From the human T2T-CHM13v2.0 reference genome, Homo sapiens, in the NCBI RefSeq assembly GCF_009914755.1, contig NC_060932.1: a stretch of 64,000 nucleotides of DNA. One strand, 5' to 3'. Every line of letters starts with the position of its first letter. Position 1 is the first letter of the stretch. The translations under genes and the position numbers were made by a program. Under the pieces are notes generated by a model. That model did not search any database, had not been told where the DNA came from, and saw only the letters and a program-made list of their open reading frames with translations. This document shows, piece by piece, positions 28,332 through 41,644 of the stretch.

Positions 28332-29127
28332 TGTTATGGACTTGATGTTTGTGTCTCCCCAAAGTTCGTATGTTGAAGTCTTATTCGGAGGTAAGGCCTT
28401 TGGAAAGTCATTAGAGTTGGATTAGGTCATGAGGATGGGACCCTCATGATAAGGTTAATACCCTGAAGGACATTATTAAATAGGCCAGACACAGAATACA
28501 CAAGTCCTGCACGATCTCAGTTATATGTGGAATCTAAAAAAAGTCAAACTTGTAGAAACAGAAATAGAAAGGTGTTTATTAGAGACTGGCTGGGCAGAGG
28601 TGGGGAGAACAGGAAAGGCGGGGATGGAAAAAAAAGGACAAATTGGTTCAAGGATAACAAAGTTTCAGTTAGCCTGAAGGAATAAGTTTTAATGATCTAT
28701 TGCACTGCATGGTGACCACAGTTAATGATAATGTATATTTCAAAATTGCTACAAAATAGATTTTAAACATTCTTACCACAAAGTAAAGGATAAGTTGGTG
28801 AGTGACAGATTAGATAGATATGTTAATTAGCTTGATTTAATCTATACAAAGTATACATAGATCAAAAGAATTACACTGTATCCTACAAAAATATGCAATT
28901 ATTATTTGTCAACTAAAAAATAAATAGAAAGAAAATTAGATTGAAGAACAACAAAATAGGAAAGATATGGATCTCTCTTTGCTCTCTGCCATGTGAAGGT
29001 ACAACAAGAAGGTAGCCATCTGCAAGCCAGGAAGAGAGCCCTCACCAGACACTGGGCTTGTAGGTGCCTTGATCTTTGACTTCTCAGTCTCCAAGACTGT
29101 GAGAAATAAATGTTTGCTATTTAAGCC
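28332..29127 (+). mobile_element. MLT1A/MST-type MaLR LTR split by an L1MA insertion
   Basis: 5' part 'tgttatggacttgatgtttgtgtctcccc'; 3' part 'gccatgtgaagg...gcaagccaggaagagagccctcacc...gtgagaaataaatg'. Confidence 0.8.
28466..28935 (+). mobile_element. L1MA 3' end fragment nested in the MaLR LTR
   Basis: 'atatgtggaatctaaaaaaagtcaaac...gcatggtgaccacagttaatg...atgttaattagcttgatttaatc...aattattatttgtcaac' plus A-tail. Confidence 0.85.
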
Positions 29128-29829
29128 AAAAAAACAAAAAAAAAACAAAAAAACAAAAAAAAACAAAAACAAAGAAGAAAAAGAAAAAAACTTTTTCAAT
29201 TCTCAGGTGCTGTGTAGGTGTGTGTGTGTGTGTTGTGCAGGGGTTGGGCAGAGAATAGACACCTACACTGTTGGAGGACAAATGGTCTTACATCAGAGTC
29301 AGACACATAGATTAAGGTCCACATAGTTTAATAAGGCACTGCTCTTAGGAGAAAATGATTGAGGGACCAAGTTAGGTCAGGGCAGAAGCTAAGCAAGGAT
29401 GTATTTTCTACTAATAATTGGGTTAAACTTGAGACAAGGGGTGGGCAGTCTTCCACACCCAGGTGTCAGGCAGTCATGAGTTGTGAGCAGGGATGGGTGA
29501 AGTTCTGAGCTTTCAACACCAACCCTCATAGCAGCTGGCAGGGTGGTGGTGCATGGTTCCTGTAAAGGAGATCTGTATACTATGCCCAGAGGAGGGAGGA
29601 GTAAATTTCAGTTATATTGAAGGTGTATGCTCATTCCATAGGGGCCTAGCAGAACCTGGAATTCATGTTTAATTAGAAGAGGAGAGAGTTTATAAGGAAA
29701 TAGTATTAGAGCCCAGTTTTAGAGGTGGATAACTTATTATTCTTATTATCCTATATAACAAGTCATCAAGAAAAATTAGCAGATAAAGTACCTTGAAGTT
29801 CTAAAAAAATACAATTTTCTGGGGACCCA

Positions 29830-29830
<1 letters not shown>

Positions 29831-29892
<62 letters not shown>

Positions 29893-29905
29893 CGCGCGCG
29901 CATGT
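29831..29905. repeat. (TG)n(CG)8 alternating purine-pyrimidine microsatellite
   Basis: Seen directly; the CG run spans 29885-29900. Confidence 0.95.
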
Positions 29906-29914
29906 CATTTTTTT

Positions 29915-30708
<794 letters not shown>

Positions 30709-31239
30709 TAACTCAGGGCTTTCTATACAGAGCCTGGCCTCTCCAGAGCATGCTCCATGACAAACTGTCCTGCCTTCAGCAGGAAAGATATGTTCTTTTC
30801 CATGTGGCCCCAGCTCCCAAGTTCACAACTGATCAGATCAGGGCAGGCACGTGACCCAAGGGCAGCTAATCCCTAGGATGTCCAGTGACCTTTGACATGG
30901 CTGTTGCTAAAACCTCTGCTCAAATATGGATGCTCATCTTTGCCCTAGTCAAACCAATTATCCTCTTTAAAAGTGTTTTCTGGGAAATAATAACAAAGTC
31001 AGCTATTTGGGAGTGGTGGAGCGAAATAATTAAATACAAAATGAATCTGCAAATCAAGGGCAGCCCACGCAGTTGACAATGGCACATTAGTAGGGACATT
31101 CATGAATAGGATCCTATCCAGCCCTGCTGGGACCTGCCTTGGATCCAGAATTTTTTACTCCAATTAGCAAAACTCCAGGCATACAACTGCTCCTACGTTT
31201 GGCATGCTATGAGAGTCCTGTTACTTGTTTTCTTAAATT

Positions 31240-31600
31240 TATTATTGATAGCTTTATTGGGGTATAACTGACATACAAAAACTGCACAAGCTTAATGTAT
31301 ACAGTTTGGTGAGTCTGGGCATATGCACATGTTCATGACACCATCACCCCAATCAAGGAAACAGTCACATCCATCACATCTAGAAGTTTCCTTGTGCTTT
31401 CTGGTGTGTTTTAATTTTGTCTCTCTTTTTTTTTTTTTTTTTTTTTTGGTGGTGGTGGTGGTAGTTGTTTTTTGGTAAGACCACTTAATATGAGGTCTGC
31501 TCTCTCAACAAATTTTTAAGTGTACAATACAGTATTGTTAGCTCTAGGCATTATGTTGTACAACAGATTTCTAGAACTTATTCATCTTGCATAATTGCAA
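31240..31600 (-). mobile_element. L1MB 3' end fragment
   Basis: 'gctttattggggtataactgacatac...taagtgtacaatacagtattgtta...gatttctagaacttattcatcttgcataa'. Confidence 0.8.
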
Positions 31601-31934
31601 GGTGAACTGCAATGAAAAAATAACTGCATATTGTCATATGTCTCTGCAGTACATCTTTAATCCTGCTATCAAGGCAACCTAATAGAATATGCAGAAGGTT
31701 GTACATTATAGCTTCTACTGCCTTCTTCATACACACAGAAAAGCATCCGTTTCTGAGCCATGCATGTGACTGCATTCTGACCCTGTCTTGGGCACTTTAT
31801 GTGTGCATTGTCTGTAGCTCAAAGAGGTTAAATGGTGAAATCAAGGACTAGGGTGACTAGGACTAAATTTGGACCTATGTGTTTGACTCCCAAGTCTATC
31901 CCTTTTGGACTATTCCAAGAGACCTCAGTTGGAG

Positions 31935-32095
31935 GTAGACATCAGAATCATGGGGTAATATTTTTTTTTACTGCTATCCAAACTTCACTCTCGCTGGGCT
32001 GAATCGGAATCTTTAGGTGTAGGGCTGAGGTTTGCATAATTTAAGAGACTCCCCAGAAGATTGTGATGTGCACTCCTGGTTAATAACTATTGCAT
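31935..32095. mobile_element. MER5-type hAT relic
   Basis: 'catcagaatca...gaatcggaatctttaggtgtagggc...ctccccagaagattgtgatgtgcac'. Confidence 0.6.
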
Positions 32096-33169
32096 CACCC
32101 CCAGCTGCAGGAGCGGGTGTTTTCTGCCTATTCCCTGACACCATATTCAAGGTTGTTTACCACTACTGAGCTGCTAAGAAGTGCAAATTTGTTGCACTTC
32201 TGATGTTTATTCCTATGTTAAAGAATACAAGGAGATCTTTGAGGGTGTGGAGCTTGAGAGACATATGTTGGTGGGGAGCGGACCTGTGTTTGACAAGGTA
32301 GGTTTCACAGGCTGAGCTGAATGACAGATTCCCCTGAGCCGGCTTACTGGGAGTGTATGTCATATACCCCACAACTTCTGGTTGCTCTTCGGAATTGACT
32401 TTTCTTCCTCTTAAACCTCAAGCAGTATCATCAGGCCAGCATGGGACTTAGGAAAAGGAGGAAGACAGGAAGAGGACAGCAAGGCTTGCAAGCGCTGCCT
32501 GCAATGCAGTGCAAGGCCCTGATGCCTCCCTGGTTCCCAGGATTCTCTCCAGCCATCCGGCTGCAGCATCTGTTCTTCCTGGGCCAGCTACAACTTCAGA
32601 CTGGGGACAGAGAAGCAGGGGTATCCAGTAAATAGGTATGAAGTAACCTGTTAGTCTGCTGATTGGGTTCCAAACAGAGCACAGCCGCTTTTGCATTGAC
32701 TGCTTTATCCCTCCTGCGAAGCGCCCGTGTTTCCCTATATGAACACTCACACGTGTGTGTGTGTGTGTGTGTGCATGTGTACCCCACACTCACATGGAAA
32801 TCGGCAATGCTGTCAGCACAATGCTGTTTGGTCAGTTTCTGGCTGTCTTCATTACTAAGAGCAGTCATTTAAGGAGTTTTATGAGGTTTACACCATTGCA
32901 TCTTCCCTCCATGCATTGCCCCTGCTGTGTCCTACTCTTTGGCACCTTCTTCATGGGGCCTGCTAGAACCTGAGTCTGAAGGACTCATCTCCAAGTGTGT
33001 CTGGGCGTGGCATTGGACACCTTCTATGATCTGACCCATCTCCCATTAAAGCTCACAAAGCATACACAGTCTCAAGACTGTAATACAGATGTTAATGATG
33101 TCTTGCACATCAGACTCCCAGTCTTCAATAAATATGGTCCTTTCATCTAGGGCGCCTTTCCCCAGAGAC

Positions 33170-34680
33170 CCATAGTTATAGTCACAGTAGGTTAGACAGT
33201 GCTGAAGTAACAAACGACCCTAAACTCTCAGTGTGTAACAACACAAAAGCTGAGTTATCACTGTGGAAAAGGCAGCCTTTGTGGGCAGTTTTACAAAAAG
33301 CAGGGAGTCAGTGTTTCAGCCCTTCCATTTTGTGATGCTGCCACCTTTAACACACACCTTCTGTATTAGTCTGTTCTCATGCTGCTATAAAGAACTGCCC
33401 GAGACTGGGTAATTGAGAAAGGAAAGAGGTTTAATTGACTCCCAGTTTCACATGGCTGGGGAGGCCTCAAGAAACTTACAATCATGGCAAATGGCACCTC
33501 TTCTCAGGGTGACAGGAGAGAGAATGAGTGCTGAGAGAACGGGGAAGACCCTTATAAAACCATCAGCTCTCGTGAGCACTCACTCACTATCACAAGAACA
33601 GCATGGAGGAAGCCACCCTCATGGTTCAATTATCTCCACCTGGACCTGCCCTTGACACTTTGGGATTATTACAATTCAAAGTGAGATTCGGGTGTGGACA
33701 CACAGCCAAACCATAGAACCTTCCAAAGGCACCACAGAAGGAGGTGGAGAGTAGCACATAAAATATTTTTCAGGGATGAGATATGTATCCACTGGCTAGA
33801 GTCCAGACACATGACCCCAAACTAACTACAAGAAAGGCTCAGAAATGGGTCTTCAATTGTGCATGTAAAGATGAAATGGGAATACAGCCAATCTCTGCCA
33901 CCACGGTCATTCTGATCAGCCACAATCTATTTCACTCTTTTTCCACACCTAGAGTAACCACATTCAAGGGGAGCAGCCCTAGGCTCATGAAGTCCCAGCT
34001 CCATACTGAAACTGCAGAATCCCTGAGTGATGGGTGCTGGGTTGGCATTAGGTCTGGAGGTGACTCTTTTACGTCCAACAACCTAAGACCTGGACATATA
34101 AATTCACTACCCTTCAGAATGTACAATACTAGAAAAATAAGAGGATAACTGACAAAATCACTCCCATTAGGAGGAATAGAGAAAAGCCTCACTCATAGCA
34201 GCCATGGGTCTACAGTAGTTCTCAAATGCTGCTGGGAAGGCAAATTGAAAGCCCTCTACTGCAGCTGGGAATGGACTCATGGTTAGACACAAATTCTGCT
34301 GCTGGTTGGAATTCCTTGTTCCATGCCCCTGGACTCACGTAAGCTGTGCCCGCTGAGTCTCCTTCTAGGAGACTGTTCACCATTATTCTTATTCTTATTG
34401 GAATGTTCTGAGGTAGACAGTGGGAACATGACACTTTGGGGACTATATGTTTTTTAAAGCCTACCTCTTGCCCTACAGCACCAGAGGCCAAAGGGTTGAT
34501 AACAGTCTTAAAGAGTCAAATATTCTTGGAGTCCAAGTTGGTAGTTTCCTTGACAATATAATTTTGTTTAAAAAACTGATTAGGCTGTCAATCTATCTGT
34601 TTCTGGTCTCCTAGTAAACACATTCAAAGTTTTAAAATCTGCTTTGTTGCTTGGCTCTTCATGTGCAGGTTACATGAAGT
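33170..34680 (-). mobile_element. Old MLT1 LTR plus probable MLT1-internal relic, interrupted by a THE1 LTR
   Basis: 'gctgaagtaacaaacgaccctaaactctcagtg...aacaacacaaaag' is an MLT1-like start; downstream degenerate sequence; boundaries approximate. Confidence 0.45.
33362..33718 (-). mobile_element. THE1-type MaLR solo LTR
   Basis: TGTATTAGTCTGTTCTCATGCTGC...CAGCCAAACCATAGAA with TSD ccttc. Confidence 0.9.
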
Positions 34681-34698
34681 TACTTTTTCAAGAATTTC

Positions 34699-35032
34699 TA
34701 ATTTATTTTATTATTTTATTTTTATTTTGTTTTATATTTGTTTAGTATTTATTTATTTTGAGATGGAGTCTTGCTCTGTCACCCAGGCTGGAGTGTAGTG
34801 GTGCAATCTCAGCTCACTGCAACGGGGTTCAAGCAATTCTCCTGCCTCAGCCTCCCAGTGCTGCTGGGACTACAGGTTCATGCCACCACACCCAACTAAC
34901 TTTAATATTTTTAGTAGATACAGGGTTTTGTCTTGTTGGCCAGGCTGGTCTCAAACTCCTGAACTCAAGCAATTTGCCTACCTCAACCTCCCAAAGTGCT
35001 GGGATTACAGGTGTGAGCCACTGCTCCTGTCC
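34699..35032 (-). mobile_element. AluS/J SINE with a small right-arm deletion
   Basis: Reverse Alu, (ttta)n tail, TSD tcaaga(a/c)ttt. Confidence 0.87.
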
Positions 35033-36499
35033 TCAAGACTTTTTTAAATAGCTAATTTGTAAACTCCGTGAGAGTAGGGACCAGGCAGACTTGTTCACCA
35101 GCAACACACTCATCCTCACACCTGAGGGGTTTAACATAACCGTTGTCCACATCATATCAGTGCAAAATAAATGGCTTAGACTCAGCTTCACTAACTGCAA
35201 AAAAGAGCAAACACTAATATAACATTTTATTAAGGAGATACCTATTTCTCTGATGACTCCGTGCTAGGTGCAGAATGTGACAGATATGGCTTCCAACTTA
35301 CCAGGAATATGAAAGGAGGTGAGCAGGTGAAAAGTGACTCAAAGTGGACAAAAGACAAGTGTTGGACACAGTCAGATCTGGAGTCACATCCAACCCTGCC
35401 AGGAGCTGTCTGATCCTGGCCAATTTGCTTAAGTTATTAGAGCTCTAGTTTCTTCAACTATATAATGTGAGTATATTCAGGAAGGTGTGAGGAGGCATAT
35501 TAAAAATATCCAGCCGAGAGCCAAACATAAATAAATGCTCACTACATTTACCTAACATACTTATGTTACAAGATCCATGGGTTTGTAATGTCACCATCAC
35601 GGCATCCCTGGGTGGAAGAATGGGGAAAGGAGAAAAAAGAGGGTGGGGAGAAAGGGATTCCCCAAAGGGGAAATACCTTACCCTTCCTGAGTCCCAGACA
35701 AATCTTATAGGTTAAGAAGATTTCATCTTCCCATTAAGAAAAGAAGAAGAAACAAAGGATCTGAATGGTTAAACGGCTCACTCAAGCTCTCACAGTTAAT
35801 CCATGGGAAAACCCAAGATTAGCCCTACCAGGTTTCCTTACTCCAAGGCCACTATTCTTGCTCTATGCCCTGCTGCTCTGTCACCTTGTACTCACTCAGT
35901 ATGTATCTACTTCATGTCTGTCATGCACCATGAGCCATGCTGGGCACCAAGGACATAGTGGGGGGGAGTCCTGGACTGTCTGGGAAGGAATTCCAGTGCC
36001 TCATTGTCACCATGTGACATCTCCATCATGCCCAGAAATACTGGTGTGGAGCATGGCTTCAGAAGGCAGACAATGTGGAACAAGGCAATTTTCAGTAATA
36101 AACTAGGGTGGTCTATAATTTAGCAATACTGTAGACCTTTGTATTAAAGAACCATTTTTATTGATTTATATGATTCATGAAAATGAACTGTGGAAATATG
36201 TTGGATTCATATGCAGATTGATGTAATGCACCATTTACTCAAAGCCCCCCTTAGTGTGTGTATGGTATGGCAACTTGTATTTATCTTGCAGGATTTTATT
36301 AAATCAAGCAATCATTTAAAAGATAAATTTTAAAATTTTGTAATTTTAATGGGGGAAAGTGCAAAAGTGCTTGACATCTTAATTCTTAAAATAGTAAAAG
36401 TTATGAAGTACAGTTTTTTAACTATAAAACTTTTTTCTTTAAATAACTTGTGTTTTTATGTTTTCTTGGTAACTTATTTTTTACTTCATTTTTTAAAAT

Positions 36500-38310
36500 G
36501 CCAGTAAAAACTTTTAATTTGAAATCTATCCTCTTAACAAAATTGTAAGTGTTCAATACAGTATTTTTAATATAGGCACAATGTTGTACAGCAGATATCT
36601 AGAATTTATCCATCCCATATAACTAAAATTTTACACCCATTGAACAGCAACCTCCCACTTTCCTCTTCACCACTGTCAACCACTATTATACTATCTTTTT
36701 CTATGAGCTTGACTATATTAGATACCTCCTATGAGTGGAATCCTGTAGTATTTGTTGTTCTGTGACTAGTTGATGTCACTGAGCATAGTCCTAAAATTCA
36801 TATGGAATTACAAATGATCTCAAATAGCCAAAGCAAACTTGAGAAAGAAGTACAAAGCTGCAGGCATCACACTTCCTGATTTCAAAATATATTGCAGAGC
36901 TACAGTAATTAAAACAGTATGGTAACAGCATAAAAGCAGATATATAGACCAACTGAATCAAATTGCAAGCCCATCTAAACTCACCAAATTGTAGACGCTA
37001 AATATGTATAGGTTTTATGCCACTCATACCTCAATAAAGTGGTTTTAACATAATAATAGAAAACTAAGAAATGAACCAACTCATATACAACTGATCTTGG
37101 ATAAGGTGTTAAGAGCACACAATGGGAAAATGGCTGCCTCCGCAACAAATGATGATGGGAAAACTGGATATCCACACATAAAAGAATGACATTGTACCAA
37201 TATCTTACACCATATACAACAATCAACTCAAATGGATTAAACACTTAAACGTCAGACCCAAAACTGTAAAACTCCTAGAAGAAAACATAAGGGGAATGCT
37301 TCATGACATTAATCTTGGCAATGATTTCTTGGATATGACACCAAATGAACAGCAAGGAAAGCAAAAATAGATGAGCAGGACTACACAAAACTAAAAAGTA
37401 TCTGCACTGCAAAGGAAACAATCAACAGAGTGAAAATGCAACCTGCAGAATGGAAGAAAAATATTTGCAAACCACATATCCAATAAGGGGTTAATATCCA
37501 AAATACATAAGGAACTCCTACAATTCAACAACAACAACAACAAATAAATAAATAAATAAACTTGATTTTTAAAATTGGCAAAGGACTTGAATAGTCATTT
37601 ATCCAAAGAAGACATACAAATGGCAAATGGGCATATGAAATGATACTCAGCATCACTAATTATTAAGGAAGTGCAAATAAAAAACAAAATGAGATATCAA
37701 TTCACACCTCATTGTCATCACGTGACATCTCTCATCATGCCTAGAAATACTGGTAAGGAGCAAGGCATCAGAAGGCTGATGACATGGAACAAGGCAATTT
37801 TCATTAATAAAAAGGATGGTGTATAAGTAAGCAATACTGCTGACTTTTGCATTAAAAGACTCAAATGAATTAAACTTGTCAACACTTATCTTGTAAAAAA
37901 AAGATGTGTTGACAACAGTATAAAAGATAAGTATTGAAAAGAACATGGAGAAATTTGAATCATTGTACAACATTGATAGAAATGTAGAATAGTGCAGCCA
38001 CTATGAAAAACAATATGGCGGCTTCTCAAAATGCTAAAAATATAATTATTATGTGATCCAGAAATCCCATTTCTGAATATATATCCAAAATATTTGAAAT
38101 CAGGATCTCCAAGAGAAATCTGCACTCCCTTGTTCATTGCAGCATCATTCACAATAGCTAAGATATGGAAACAACCTACATGTCTATCAGTGAATGAGTG
38201 GATGAAGAAAAACATATCTGTATATACATACACACTGGAATATTATTCTGTCTTAATAAAGAATGAAATCCTGCCACATGTAACCACAGGGATGAACCTG
38301 AAAAACATTT
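36500..38310 (-). mobile_element. L1MB element with a 5' inversion (3' end on minus strand ~36500-36790; inverted ORF2/3'UTR part on plus strand ~36790-38310)
   Basis: The minus segment ends at '...cactgagcatagtcc' and the plus segment ends at 'gatgaacctgaaaaacatt'; these are adjacent positions in the L1MB consensus. Confidence 0.78.
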
Positions 38311-38609
38311 TTTTCTGGTAACTTTGGTCCTTCTCTAGGTAGTTAACCTTAAAGCATATTATTTAAAAATGTCAAACAGTGGCGCCTCTTGTATTCAGCT
38401 ACTTCATCAGTGTACAAATGTCCTTGTGGCACACTCCGTGTATAGGCAGACATGCTGCTGCAATGAGTGTTAGTAAAGCCTGGGTCCAGAGAGGACTCAG
38501 TTCTAGGTTCACATCTTCAAGCCTTGGGGAAGTCCTCCAGGCTCACTGGGCTCAGTTTTTCTATGTCTATAATCAGGAGACGATAATGAGGGATAATAAT
38601 AATTGCTCT

Positions 38610-38850
38610 CAGAGCTGAATTATGACTTTTGTGGGCCCCAGGCACCTTTGCCTCCATAGGCCTCCTTCATCCATAAAACAAGTATTTAAAATTGTATTTT
38701 TGCACCTGTTTGTATAAAGGTGACTATAATTCAGACTGGACCATATTCCTTATCTTTTTCTGATTTTAAAAGAAATCAAAACTTTCCTTTGGTCCTTAAA
38801 AAGTACTGTAGACCCTAGCCACTGTGCCTATTATGTCTGATGGCTACATC
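38610..38850. mobile_element. hAT-Tip100 relic (ORSL-like)
   Basis: 'gtgggccccaggcacctttgcc...ctgattttaaaagaaat...ccctagccactgtgcctattatgtctgatgg'. Confidence 0.55.
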
Positions 38851-39954
38851 TACAGTGGCCACTCATTGTAGATATAAGAAGATGTAAGTCTCTATCTCCT
38901 CACCTCACTTATTGACTCAGCACTGACTGACACCCACAATGTGTCAGAAACTAATGAGCACCAAGGGCTCTAGAAATGAAGATGCTACACCAGGCTGGGA
39001 TGAAGACTTGTCATTTCCATTGCTGCATCACAAACCCCTTGCACAGTGCCTGAGACAGAGTTAATGCTTGATTAATGTTTGATTAGTGAATAAACCAATG
39101 GCAGTATCTCTGCTCAAAGAGATGTCCTGTCTAGAGACAACATAATGTCATGTTTAATGATAATTATGCATGTCTGTGTCTTACGTATGTGACTACATCC
39201 TCATGAAAAGAATATGAGGGTGTTCACAGTAACAAGCAAGGGCATATTCAAAGCAAGGGCAAAGTGCAAAGAATCCAATAGAAATGGGTATAAGAGAATA
39301 AGAAGAAGAGCCTACTTAGAAGAAATAAGATTTCTGCCTGAGAGGCAGCTCTGTGCCTCAGTTTCCCCCTCCTCACCCTGCCCTGCCAGACACACACCTC
39401 CCATCAGAGGAGAAGGGGCTGTCATGGCACAAGGCTCGGCATGGTGGGAGCCTTATAAAGCTAAGCACATCCTCTTGTCCAGTGTGAGCATTACCCACTC
39501 TGAGGAAGATACTGTTCTACGATTCTCTGCAATTCGACTTAAAGACAGCTTCAGAGTGGCAACCTTGTACGTTTTCTCAATGACATGCACTCCTCTGTCT
39601 GGGAAACCATCTTCTAAGTAAAACAAAGGAAGGAGGATTTCACTTTGTTGGCCAGCACACTCATCTCAGAGAAAGGTGCTCCCCACTGCAAGGCCAAACC
39701 TATGATCTCCACGGGTGAGCCAAGGAACTGGGAGGCTCAATGTGCAGGCTGGAAACAGGTCTGTTGGGAAAGTCAAATGCCGGACACTCTATCTGTAAGT
39801 TCCTTTGTTCTTCTGCGTTCAGATGTTCTCAGATTCCAAGGCATCCAACACTCATTTACTCAACAAAGGCTTCGTGGCCATATGTCACGTGCCAGGCATA
39901 CATAGGTAAATAAATCAGAAACGCACCCTGCTCTGGTGGAGCTTAGAGTCTAGA

Positions 39955-40104
39955 GTCCCACTTCTGGATATATATCCAACATATTTGAAATCAGGATTTC
40001 CAAGAGAAATTGGCACTCCCACGTTCATTGGCGCATTATTCACAAAAGCCAAAATATGGAAACCACTTAAATGTCCATCAATGAATAAATGGATAAAGAA
40101 CACA

Positions 40105-40141
<37 letters not shown>

Positions 40142-40170
40142 CCCCACATACACACTAGAATATTATCACA
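39955..40170 (+). mobile_element. Short L1MB fragment with an internal (CA)n
   Basis: Near-copy of 38063-38250. Confidence 0.75.
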
Positions 40171-40862
40171 TCCTTCCAAAGAAGGACGAAAGGTATCACA
40201 ACCTTCTTTGGTTAAACATTCACATCATGGTTAATGATGGGGATGAGGAGATGGCATCAGGCTCACTGATTTAAAACTCCAGCTTGGTCCCTGCTCAGCT
40301 GTGTGGCAGCAGTGACATACTTAAACTCTCCCAGTCTCAATGTCTTCATTTGTAAAAGGAAGTATGAAAGGGCCATTCTGTGAATTGAAGAAGTCCATGC
40401 ACATAAGTGGCTTACCAGCATATTTGATGTAAAGTAGATGTTCAAAAATGTGATTCGAAATGATCAATAACATGCTTTTCACACTATGGTGAAATGTGTA
40501 ATTTTTAATTATTCCTTTGTTTCATGTACAACATGGTGAATGGATCACAGGATCCATTAAGGGTTGGCACTGAGTTTTATTCATTGTCTTAGTCCCTGCA
40601 GCTCACAGATCCTAGCACACAGTAGGGGCTAAATAAATGGCTGATAGATAAATAAATGAGCACATGTACTAAAGCCTCTGCCCAAGGAAATGGAGATCTG
40701 AAGACAAAGAAATCTCCCTAAAGTCCGTGTCTTCCCACCAGGCTGCCATTCCTCCGTCGGATGACGGAACAGCCCTCCTTATGTCAGTGAGAAGAAAAGT
40801 GGTGTGCAGCCTTCCTTGGGGAAGAACAGGGTGCACCTCACTCTGAGTAACTGGATCCTTGA

Positions 40863-41169
<307 letters not shown>

Positions 41170-41220
41170 TGAATCCTTGATCTTTAATGACGGTCTGTCA
41201 GAGCCTGAGTATTCATCAGC

Positions 41221-41644
41221 TGTGATGGCTATTTATGTCTCAACCTTGCCAGTTCACAAAACCCAGGTATTTGGTCCAACATTACAGATGTTTCTGTGAA
41301 GGCATCTTTTAGAGGAAATTAATATTTAATTCATTAGACTTTGAGTAAAGCAGATAACCCTCAGTCGTATGGGTGGGCCCTGTTCAGTCAGTTGAAGACC
41401 TTTCAGTAGAAAAAGACTGACTTTCCCCAAAGAAAAAGAAATTCTGCCAGCAGACTGCATTCAACTTGGATGGCAACTCTTCCCTGGGTCTCCAGCCTGC
41501 CAGCCTACCCTGTAGACTTTAGACTTGCCAGCCTCCACAAGTGCATGACCCAATTTCTTAAAATCTAAAATATACACACACATACACATTCACACACACA
41601 CATATACAACTTATTGGTTCTGTTACTTGGGAGAAACTAATACA
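41221..41644 (+). mobile_element. MLT2-type (ERVL) solo LTR
   Basis: 'tgtgatgg...gagtaaagcagataaccctc...gggtgggcc...attggttctgtt...ctaataca'. Confidence 0.8.
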
